From: a virus
Taxonomy: Duplodnaviria; Caudoviricetes
DNA: 64,000 bases
IMG/VR virus record: IMGVR_UViG_3300037780_000034
Span: 128,001-192,000 of that record
Reading direction: 5' to 3' (one strand)
The notes beneath the pieces are model-generated. The model was not told the origin of the DNA. It searched no databases and saw nothing but the letters and a program-made list of their open reading frames with translations. The stretch's first letter is position 1. Each line of letters starts with the position of its first letter. This document shows positions 55,842 to 64,000 of this stretch, one piece after another. The position numbers and the translations under genes were made by a program.

Positions 55842-58067
55842 ATGACAACATCACATACACCAATAGAACGAATAATAGAAAATACATATGAATTAGCCGA
55901 AAGATTTAATCATTCATATATAACGGTTGAACACCTTGCATCTGTATTGTTTACAGATAAAAGTGTTAAGTTAATATGTGAAAATCTTAGTTGTGACTAT
56001 GACCTAATTAAAGAAGAAATTGACCATTATATCAGCGAAGAACTGATAGATTTTACCAATAACTCTGGTCACAAGCCTAAAAAAACATTATCTATAGAAC
56101 GTGTGTTCAATAGAGCATTAGCACAAGCATTATTTTCTGGTAAAAAATCTATAAACACTATTGATTTATTACTATCAGTATTATATGAAACAGAATCACC
56201 AACTGTTTACATATGTAATAAATTTGGCCTTGAACGTGATAATCTGATACATACTGCCTCACTTCAATCCTTAGTAGAAGAACATACTTCAAGTAATTCT
56301 ACAAATAAAAATACAAATAAAAAACAAAGTTCATTAGATTCTTTTTGCATAAATCTAAATGAACTTGCTTTTAGCAATAAGATAGATGCGTTGATAGGTC
56401 GTGAAATTCAGGTAGAACAAGTAATACAGACACTTTCAAGAAAAAAGAAAAACAATGCTATATTAGTTGGAGAAAGCGGAGTAGGAAAAACTGCAATTGT
56501 TGAAGGTCTTGCTCATAAAATTGTAAACCGTGAAGTTCCACAAAGTATGAGTGATTATGTTATCTATAGTCTTGATATAGGCATTCTTATGGCAGGAACA
56601 AAATATAGAGGCGATATTGAAGAAAGAGTTAAAAACATCATAGAAGAAATAGAAAAGCAAAAAAATATAATTCTGTTTATTGATGAAATTCATACCATAT
56701 TAGGGTCAGGTTCTGGAAATTCTGGTGGACTTGATATTGCCAACCTTTTAAAGCCAGCTTTACAAACAGGAAAGCTTAGATGTATCGGTTCTACTACATA
56801 TGATGAATATAGAGAAAAATTTGAAAAAGATTCTGCATTGGTTCGTAGGTTCAACAAAATAGATGTTGAGGAACCTACATCAGATCAAACTAAAAAAATA
56901 TTACATCAAAGTATAAAATCATATGAAAGTTTTCATTCTGTAAAGTTTGACAAAAATGCAATTGATATGGCAGTAGATTTAAGCGTAAAGTATATGCTTA
57001 ATAAAAAGCTACCAGATAAAGCATTTGAAATTATTGATAGTGCTGCTTCAAGAAAAAAACTGTTTGCAAAAACTAAAAAGATTTCAGAAAATGATATCAA
57101 ACTGGAAGTATCTAAACTATGTAGAATTCCGATTGAAACTATAACTTCAAAAACAGAAAAATCAAAAAAGGTAGTAAACATAGAAAACACACTTAAACAC
57201 AAAATATTTGGACAAGATGAAGCCATATCTTGGTTGTCGGATTCTTTGTATATTAGTCAAGCTGGTTTAAAATCGCAAAATAAACCATTAGGAAGTTATT
57301 TGTTTACTGGTCCAACAGGTGTGGGGAAAACAGAAGTATGTAAAGTTCTTGCAAGTTCTTTAAATATTGAATTAGTAAGATTTGATATGAGTGAATATCA
57401 AGAAAAGCATTCAATTTCAAAATTGGTAGGATCGCCTCCCGGATATGTTGGATACAATGATGGAAAACAAGGAAGTGGATTATTGATTAATAAGTTGGAA
57501 CAATATCCAAATTGTATTATACTATTAGATGAAGTTGAAAAAGCGCATCCAGATGTTCTTAACATCTTACTCCAAATAATGGACGATGGGATAGTTACTG
57601 GAAGTAATGGAAAAACTGCAAGTGCAAGAAATGCTATTATAATAATGACAAGTAATCTTGGCGCAGCAGATAGTGAAAAAAATGTAATTGGATTTGGTTC
57701 AACAACAAATGATTACGCACAAGATGAAGCCATTAAAAACTTCTTTAAACCAGAATTTAGAAATCGTCTTGATGCAATTGTTAAATTTAATAAATTAGAT
57801 AAAGATAATGTAAATTCAATTGCACAAAAGTTTTTAAATGAACTTAATGATCTTCTTGTAGAACAGAACATAAAGTTATCTTGGAATGAAGATGTGGTAA
57901 GTTGGGTTGCTAAAAATGGATTTGATCCATTGATGGGTGCAAGACCAATGAACCGTGTGATTACAGAAAACATCAAAAAACCACTTTCAAGAAAAATATT
58001 ATTTTCAGATAGTAAAAATAAAGAGTTTACAATAAAAATAGAAGATAATAAGATAAATATAGAGTAA
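55842..58067 (+). CDS. clpA: ClpA-type AAA+ chaperone
   Basis: Clp N domain, GESGVGKT, GPTGVGKT, GSPPGYVG. Confidence 0.95.
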   Translation: MTTSHTPIERIIENTYELAERFNHSYITVEHLASVLFTDKSVKLICENLSCDYDLIKEEIDHYISEELIDFTNNSGHKPKKTLSIERVFNRALAQALFSGKKSINTIDLLLSVLYETESPTVYICNKFGLERDNLIHTASLQSLVEEHTSSNSTNKNTNKKQSSLDSFCINLNELAFSNKIDALIGREIQVEQVIQTLSRKKKNNAILVGESGVGKTAIVEGLAHKIVNREVPQSMSDYVIYSLDIGILMAGTKYRGDIEERVKNIIEEIEKQKNIILFIDEIHTILGSGSGNSGGLDIANLLKPALQTGKLRCIGSTTYDEYREKFEKDSALVRRFNKIDVEEPTSDQTKKILHQSIKSYESFHSVKFDKNAIDMAVDLSVKYMLNKKLPDKAFEIIDSAASRKKLFAKTKKISENDIKLEVSKLCRIPIETITSKTEKSKKVVNIENTLKHKIFGQDEAISWLSDSLYISQAGLKSQNKPLGSYLFTGPTGVGKTEVCKVLASSLNIELVRFDMSEYQEKHSISKLVGSPPGYVGYNDGKQGSGLLINKLEQYPNCIILLDEVEKAHPDVLNILLQIMDDGIVTGSNGKTASARNAIIIMTSNLGAADSEKNVIGFGSTTNDYAQDEAIKNFFKPEFRNRLDAIVKFNKLDKDNVNSIAQKFLNELNDLLVEQNIKLSWNEDVVSWVAKNGFDPLMGARPMNRVITENIKKPLSRKILFSDSKNKEFTIKIEDNKINIE

Positions 58068-58116
58068 GAAGTAATAATGCCCGCAAGGGCATTATTAACT
58101 ATAAAGGGTTTGCACA

Positions 58117-58524
58117 ATGAATAAAATTAGCTATACTATACTTACAAATAAATCAGAAATGTCATATACTGGCGATAAGATAAGAACTGATATATTTTCT
58201 GGTATGACACAAAATTTATATACAGCTAGTATCTCAGTTAGTAATTTTATAGGAAGATTTTTTATTGAAGGAAGTATAGCACTTGATCCACAAGAAGGAG
58301 ACTGGTTTCCAATATATCTTACAAGCGGAACCCCATATAGACAATATCCTATAAACTCATTGAGTCCATCTGGTATTAATGATGGTGACACTATTACAGA
58401 AGGTTTCACTTTCCGTGCAAATCTTTTGTATATACGTGCAAGAATAGATCGCTCCTATTTGTCAGAAACTATATATGATCCTATAACACATGGAACAATT
58501 GATAAAGTTATAATAAATATATAA
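58117..58524 (+). CDS. putative virion structural protein
   Basis: late context; beta-rich. Confidence 0.55.
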   Translation: MNKISYTILTNKSEMSYTGDKIRTDIFSGMTQNLYTASISVSNFIGRFFIEGSIALDPQEGDWFPIYLTSGTPYRQYPINSLSPSGINDGDTITEGFTFRANLLYIRARIDRSYLSETIYDPITHGTIDKVIINI

Positions 58525-58536
58525 AAAGGAGTTTCT

Positions 58537-59199
58537 ATGGCAATATATGCAAGCACATCTACAATTACGACACAAACAGTTCCTCTTATAATTGTTGATC
58601 CTGCAACAGTTCAAGATAAGTATTGGCTTAGATGGGATGCTTCTATAGGTGCATTTATTCCAGAAATAATGAGACTCACCGATATCGAAGTTGTTGATTT
58701 AGAATCTTCAAATATAGAGGGAATATTGCCAGTAGATAAGGGAGGAACCGGACTAGATTCTTATAATTCTGGTGATATATTATATGCAAATTCAGAAGGT
58801 CTTTTGGAAACCTTGCAAATAGGAACAGGTGATAATTCCCAAGTTCTTACAATATCTAATGGATTTCCAATATGGGAAGATACTACTAATTTAAAAAATA
58901 TTGTCATATCTCAGCTTAATTCATTTACAGTAAGCAGCGATGACATAACAACATTACCAGAAAATAGTCAATTAAAATCTATAATAATACATATAGATCA
59001 AGCATACGACACAGATGATATAATTGTTTCTGATGAATCAGAAACACTCATTAGTTCAAATGAAATATTAACTTCACAAGTTGGAACGTATATATATTCA
59101 TTAGATAAATTTTATACTTTATCAGAAACTTTATCTGTTGTAATAACTGACGCTACCACAGGAAGTATGAGAATTTTTGTAGAATATACCCGATTATAG
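58537..59199 (+). CDS. putative tail/fibre-associated protein
   Basis: LPVDKGGTG fibre-type motif. Confidence 0.6.
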   Translation: MAIYASTSTITTQTVPLIIVDPATVQDKYWLRWDASIGAFIPEIMRLTDIEVVDLESSNIEGILPVDKGGTGLDSYNSGDILYANSEGLLETLQIGTGDNSQVLTISNGFPIWEDTTNLKNIVISQLNSFTVSSDDITTLPENSQLKSIIIHIDQAYDTDDIIVSDESETLISSNEILTSQVGTYIYSLDKFYTLSETLSVVITDATTGSMRIFVEYTRL

Positions 59200-59271
59200 A
59201 TATATTTTGATTAAATTTTATAAATACTATTAAGCATCAAGACGATGCAAAAAACATTAAGGAGAAAGTAA

Positions 59272-59736
59272 ATGGCTTTAATTAAAGTTAATCCTACCAT
59301 AGCCAACGTTGGTAGAAGTTTCAATGGAAAAACTGTTCAGGCATATACCGTTGACCTAGCAGTAAACGCAACTGATTTCGGAACAACTGAAATGGGTCCA
59401 AATGGCGCAGTTCAAGAAGTTCTACGTGTTCTTGGCAAAAATGTAACTATCATTATGCACAGTGCACTTCGTTCAGATGGCGCAAACGATGGTCAAGTTT
59501 TTGATATTTATGTAGAAGGCGAATTCCCAACTGATACATATGATGGCACAAACTCAGAAACTTTTGCTGCATTCTTGCAGACAGAAATTCGCACTCTAAC
59601 TGCTGCTGGTGCACGTAGTGCTGCAACCATTGCAGTATCAGGTGAAAGCGCAAATGCTGCTGGTGTTGATCTTTCAAGCGCAACTGTAGTTGCTTTGACT
59701 GGTAGCCCATTCTATGCAGACCAAATTCCTGTATAA
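59272..59736 (+). CDS. putative virion structural protein
   Basis: TATAAATA, RBS AAGGAG, Ala/Thr-rich, terminator after. Confidence 0.65.
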   Translation: MALIKVNPTIANVGRSFNGKTVQAYTVDLAVNATDFGTTEMGPNGAVQEVLRVLGKNVTIIMHSALRSDGANDGQVFDIYVEGEFPTDTYDGTNSETFAAFLQTEIRTLTAAGARSAATIAVSGESANAAGVDLSSATVVALTGSPFYADQIPV

Positions 59737-59819
59737 TTAACTATAAAATAAACTTAAACTAAGGGGGCAATAAATGCCCCCTTTTTTAATAAATATACTA
59801 TAGATCGGAGTATAATCAA

Positions 59820-60149
59820 ATGAAGAATAAAACAAAAATATTCATTAAATCATTTTGGTGGAATGCTCCTGCTTATTTTGATCGGTGGAGAGTTTTTCCT
59901 AGAATTTTTATATCTGTATATCTATATTTGTTATACGAGGTTGTTCTTTGGTTTATGACCCTACCAGAGCCTAATTTTGAACAATCTACTCTTGTTAGCA
60001 CATTAATAGGAACAGGAGCAGCATGGTTTGGATTATATCTTCGTGAACCTCCAAAAAATATACAATCTATAGAACCTGAAAAAAATCCTGTGACAAATGA
60101 TGATATATCTGCTGATAATATACCAAGATTAAGAGAAGATGATGATTAA
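59820..60149 (+). CDS. two-TM membrane protein (holin-like)
   Basis: WRVFPR..TM..GAAWFGLY. Confidence 0.6.
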   Translation: MKNKTKIFIKSFWWNAPAYFDRWRVFPRIFISVYLYLLYEVVLWFMTLPEPNFEQSTLVSTLIGTGAAWFGLYLREPPKNIQSIEPEKNPVTNDDISADNIPRLREDDD

Positions 60150-60669
60150 TTTTATTTTATTAAAAACATATAAACCACTAAACGAAGAAGAAAAAGAAAA
60201 ATGGTTAAACATTGTTTTTAAGTTTTTAACCAATGGTTCTATTTTAAATCGTAAAGTTGTATGCCAAAAAACATCAAGCGAATTTAAATATAAAATATTT
60301 TTAAAACGTGAAATATCTATGTATGATGCTGAATTCATAGTTTCCGCTTGGGAAAACTATTATACAGATGACTTTTGTGTTGAAATTAATGTAAATGAAA
60401 ATGTTAATATAAACAATAACGAATACTTTATTGATAAAGAAACAAAAGAAAAATGTATTAAAATACTTTCTAAATTTTTACATAACAGGTGGGTAAACTC
60501 TAAAATTTCAGAAGGTTGGAGATATGGAATTTATTACAATAAAGAAGAAAAAGTTCATCCTTCATTAAGAGATTGGGATACTTTACCAAATAACTATAGA
60601 AATAATATAGATATTGATGACGAAAAACTAATAAAAATAATAGAATTACACCCTACACTATTTGGTTGA
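60139..60669 (+). CDS. RyR-domain protein
   Basis: HNRWVNSKISEGWRYG...HPSLRDWDTL. Confidence 0.75.
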   Translation: MMINFILLKTYKPLNEEEKEKWLNIVFKFLTNGSILNRKVVCQKTSSEFKYKIFLKREISMYDAEFIVSAWENYYTDDFCVEINVNENVNINNNEYFIDKETKEKCIKILSKFLHNRWVNSKISEGWRYGIYYNKEEKVHPSLRDWDTLPNNYRNNIDIDDEKLIKIIELHPTLFG

Positions 60670-60735
60670 CACCACAGATAATATCATATATCGTGAGTAT
60701 GAAGAATCATATCATACTCACAGATAGGAAGTTAA

Positions 60736-61773
60736 ATGACTTTTACTAAAAAAATTGGATTTGCTTGCAAGTATGTTCATAATGATCTAACTATAGATGC
60801 AAAGAAAAAGAAAGAAATAGAAAGCAAATACAATACAAAAACAGTGACACGTGCTTGGTTGAACAGACAGGCAAAACACGTAGCAGAAAAAAAACTACAA
60901 GAAGTAGTGAAACACAATTTATATTCATTGAACAACTTAATTAAATATGTGGGAGAATTAGATGATGAATGCAAGTTATTACGTATTAGTTCAGATATCT
61001 TACCTCTTTATACTGAGCAGCATTGGTCTTACTATTATGATAACACAGATACAAAACAATGGCTTGAAAGATCATTCAATACAATTGGTAGTAATGCTAG
61101 GAAGCTTGGTATTCGCTTGTCTTTTCACCCTGGTCAGTTCTGTGTTTTGGCTTCCGATAATCCTGATGTGGTAGAAAATAGCATCCAAGAATTTGAATAT
61201 CATGCTGATATGATTCGTTGGATGGGTTACGGACAACAATTTCAGGATTTTAAATGTAATTTACATATTGGCGGAAGACTTGGACCAGATGGTATTCGTA
61301 AAGTATATCCACGTCTAAGCACAGAAGCACGAAATACCATCACAATTGAGAATGACGAATTTGGATGGGGGCTAGATTCATGTCTTGAACTAGCTGACAT
61401 TATTCCAATCGTGTTAGATATTCATCATCATTATATTCGCACAGACGGCGAATATATTCAACCAACTGATTCACGAATTTCAAAAATATTAGATAGCTGG
61501 AAAGGTGTTCGTCCAGTTATGCATTATAGTATAAGTCGTGAAGAATATACAAAGAATGTTAATGAATTTCCAGATATGAAACAACTTTTGTTAGAAGGTC
61601 ATAAAAAGACAAAACTACGTGCACACAGTGATATGCTATATAACAACAGATGCAATGATTGGGCATTGTCATTTTGGGATAAGTTTGATATAATGGTAGA
61701 AGCTAAAAACAAAAACTTAGCTAGTTTGCAATTGTATAATTATAGTAAAAAGATAAATACTAGTGTCAATTGA
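60736..61773 (+). CDS. uvsE: UV damage endonuclease
   Basis: LRISSDILP, SFHPGQF, IENDE, LDIHH. Confidence 0.9.
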   Translation: MTFTKKIGFACKYVHNDLTIDAKKKKEIESKYNTKTVTRAWLNRQAKHVAEKKLQEVVKHNLYSLNNLIKYVGELDDECKLLRISSDILPLYTEQHWSYYYDNTDTKQWLERSFNTIGSNARKLGIRLSFHPGQFCVLASDNPDVVENSIQEFEYHADMIRWMGYGQQFQDFKCNLHIGGRLGPDGIRKVYPRLSTEARNTITIENDEFGWGLDSCLELADIIPIVLDIHHHYIRTDGEYIQPTDSRISKILDSWKGVRPVMHYSISREEYTKNVNEFPDMKQLLLEGHKKTKLRAHSDMLYNNRCNDWALSFWDKFDIMVEAKNKNLASLQLYNYSKKINTSVN

Positions 61774-61859
61774 CTCATTCTGAGTTTTACGGGGTTTGAT
61801 ACAATCCTTCCTCGTAGCGGGTTAGAACCCGTAAATGACAATCAAAAAGGAGAATTAAT

Positions 61860-62420
61860 ATGGGTAGACCATTAAATAAAAGACATTTCGGCCCACCAAC
61901 TGATGATGGTTTAGAAATAAAAGTTCAATTTAACAATGGAACTGCAAGTGTAAATGGTTGGATTGTAAGACAAACTGGAAGTAAACGTTTTATTTGCAGT
62001 GACGGTTCAACACAAGTAAAATGCTATCTTGTTCCAAAAAACAGTGGTGATTTGTTAGCTAATGAAATGAGCATAACAGTAAAAGATGATGCTGGAAATG
62101 TTTATCAAGTTTCTAAAATTGCAGCAAATCGCGTTACTCTAGAAACAGGCGCTACTATTGCTTGGAATTGGAGTGATTCAACTACTGATGGATATGCAGA
62201 AATGGAAGAAGCTGGTGGTGATGTAATCGCAGTTACCGCAGCAGTCAACGGAACCGAATATGTAATTGTAACACTAGGTAATACTGTGTGGGCAACATTT
62301 GATGCCGGTGGAGATAACTCACCATATGCAGTCGGAGACACATTTGTTATGGCAAATGCACCAGGAACTGGAACTGGAACAGTTCGTGTAGCAGGCGATG
62401 ACTTTGAAGGCGACGAATAA
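61860..62420 (+). CDS. putative virion structural protein
   Basis: MGRPLNKRHFG; RBS AGGAG. Confidence 0.65.
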   Translation: MGRPLNKRHFGPPTDDGLEIKVQFNNGTASVNGWIVRQTGSKRFICSDGSTQVKCYLVPKNSGDLLANEMSITVKDDAGNVYQVSKIAANRVTLETGATIAWNWSDSTTDGYAEMEEAGGDVIAVTAAVNGTEYVIVTLGNTVWATFDAGGDNSPYAVGDTFVMANAPGTGTGTVRVAGDDFEGDE

Positions 62421-62522
62421 TATTTAAATAATTAAATGTTACAAAGACAAAACCCTGTCATAGAAATATGGCAGGGTTTTTTGATAAATAATTATTATAC
62501 AAAATACACAAGGATAATAATA

Positions 62523-64000
62523 ATGGAACGTGAAATTAAAATGTTAATTGGGTTAATTTACATTGACAGATTACTTAAATCAGATAAAAATGCTAGTCTT
62601 CCAAATGTAGCATTCAATGTATCTAGATACATAGGATCAAATATAAGATCACGTGAGTTACTTAATAAGTATGAAGAATTATTGATAAATGGAAAATTAG
62701 AATTATTTAATTTAGTAAAGGTCAAAGATAATTGGGCATTAGTTAGTAAATTAAATCCAAATCACGTCCTAAAATTGTTTAAAGATAAACCAGATGACAA
62801 TGAATTATCAAAAACAATTAAAAGTATTATTAGACAATATGTTATAGAAAATATAGATATTATTAATAATATACTTGTTGAACACGAAAAAAGTGCAAAA
62901 TACAATTTTTTAAATACAGTTGTATTACCAAAAAATGTCAACTTGACAGAATCTTACGATAATCAATTCATAATTGAACAAATAGAATTATATGAGGGAT
63001 TTTTAGACAGTATAAAAACTTATCTACAGGCTAGATTTGATCAAACAATGGATAATGTTAGTTCAACGATTACAAACTTTAAAGAAGCGGGAATCGTTAT
63101 TAAAGACATTATATCAAATTCAGAATATTTAGAAAAGGTGTCAACCCAAATAGGAAAAAGATTATTAACATTAATTAAAACAATAAGAGCAATAATCGCA
63201 AAAGCTTCAAATTCAGTTAATAATTCTAATTTAAAACTTGCAATTAATAAACTTAATGATATAGTTGGCTTATTTACAAAAGGACAACAAAAAGCTGTTC
63301 AATTAGGAGGATGGCAAGGATTATTGTATAAACTAGGTATGTATGGATTTATTAAATTTATATATTCAAAAATTAGTAAATTTTTAAATTTGTCTGAATT
63401 AGTGAATTTTGTTTCAGATACAGTATTTTCTGAATTTCTTGACAAATTTGGTATATTTCAAAATATGATGAATTCTGTATCTGCTCTTACAATGCAAAAA
63501 TTTATGGGATTTTTTGAAACATTAAATGAAGTAAAAGAAATATTCATAGATACCTTATCGGATATAAGAAGAAAACTTATGACCGGATCAAATATAAGTA
63601 GTAATTTGCCTTCTGTTAATGAAAATACTGGAAGAATTGTAAAAGGTGTGAATACAACGGTTGATGTTGGTCCTAACGAAATATCCAAACAAGCTGCTAA
63701 ATTTGGAAATAAAGTAAACAAAGATGGTTATCCTCCTATCTTACATAAAAAAGCAAGAAAAAATACAACACCAAATACTCTTTTTAATTTAGGATTAACA
63801 GAAACTATTAAAAAAGTAGGAAGCAAATATGTTATATATTCTAAAGATGGAAAAAAGAAATTAGGTTCTTATACAACAAAAACCGATGCTGAAAAGCGTT
63901 TAAAACAGATAGAATACTTTAAACATAAAAACGAGAGATATAGCAATCTTGAGCGTGCTATAATGGAAGGTGGTCATACACTGGAAGAAGGACCATTAGA
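62523..64000 (+). CDS. large late protein, truncated at the window end
   Basis: ATG 62523 is in frame with KGVNTTVDVG...MEGGH at the window end; not every codon checked by eye. Confidence 0.6.
   Translation, partial: MEREIKMLIGLIYIDRLLKSDKNASLPNVAFNVSRYIGSNIRSRELLNKYEELLINGKLELFNLVKVKDNWALVSKLNPNHVLKLFKDKPDDNELSKTIKSIIRQYVIENIDIINNILVEHEKSAKYNFLNTVVLPKNVNLTESYDNQFIIEQIELYEGFLDSIKTYLQARFDQTMDNVSSTITNFKEAGIVIKDIISNSEYLEKVSTQIGKRLLTLIKTIRAIIAKASNSVNNSNLKLAINKLNDIVGLFTKGQQKAVQLGGWQGLLYKLGMYGFIKFIYSKISKFLNLSELVNFVSDTVFSEFLDKFGIFQNMMNSVSALTMQKFMGFFETLNEVKEIFIDTLSDIRRKLMTGSNISSNLPSVNENTGRIVKGVNTTVDVGPNEISKQAAKFGNKVNKDGYPPILHKKARKNTTPNTLFNLGLTETIKKVGSKYVIYSKDGKKKLGSYTTKTDAEKRLKQIEYFKHKNERYSNLERAIMEGGHTLEEGPL

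Noticed and set aside
856-63721. Many short antisense or alternative-frame ORFs inside large genes
   Set aside because: Shadow ORFs of AT-rich coding sequence. Only 27820-28158 showed recognisable motifs.
1-64000. TAG stop-codon recoding
   Set aside because: Conserved genes are full length in code 11, and some end in TAG.

Overview
A very AT-rich segment of a jumbo myovirus genome, RaK2/Atu_ph07-like in gene content: rIIA/rIIB, topoisomerase II, clamp loader, GroES, ClpA, ClpP, IF-1, Pth2, PhoH, UvsE, spanins and T4-type TATAAATA late promoters. A tRNA-His lacking G-1 with A73, and a HemO-PcyX pair, suggest an alphaproteobacterial host (inference). The most unusual part is the RNA cluster at about 8-22.5 kb. 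It holds about 25 contiguous tRNA genes and a repeated RNA cassette: an 8-bp co-varying closing stem, then T(T/A)C(C/A)GCAA, then a variable cargo, then the complementary stem and a G. There are 8 clear copies. Cargoes are circularly permuted tRNAs (three share the same break between positions 29 and 30), isolated anticodon arms, or acceptor-less tRNA-like folds. The cluster also has a tRNA-Asn with a tRNA-like minihelix nested in its anticodon, a tRNA-Thr split by an endonuclease gene, Lys/Thr/Trp tRNAs with long variable arms, a probable amber suppressor, and rrn-like boxA leaders. Outside it, a C5-methyltransferase is coupled to a CmoA-like gene (possible DNA carboxymethylation), and there is an orphan YafQ-like toxin. 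All structures were parsed by eye. Protein family names come from recalled motifs; no searches were run.
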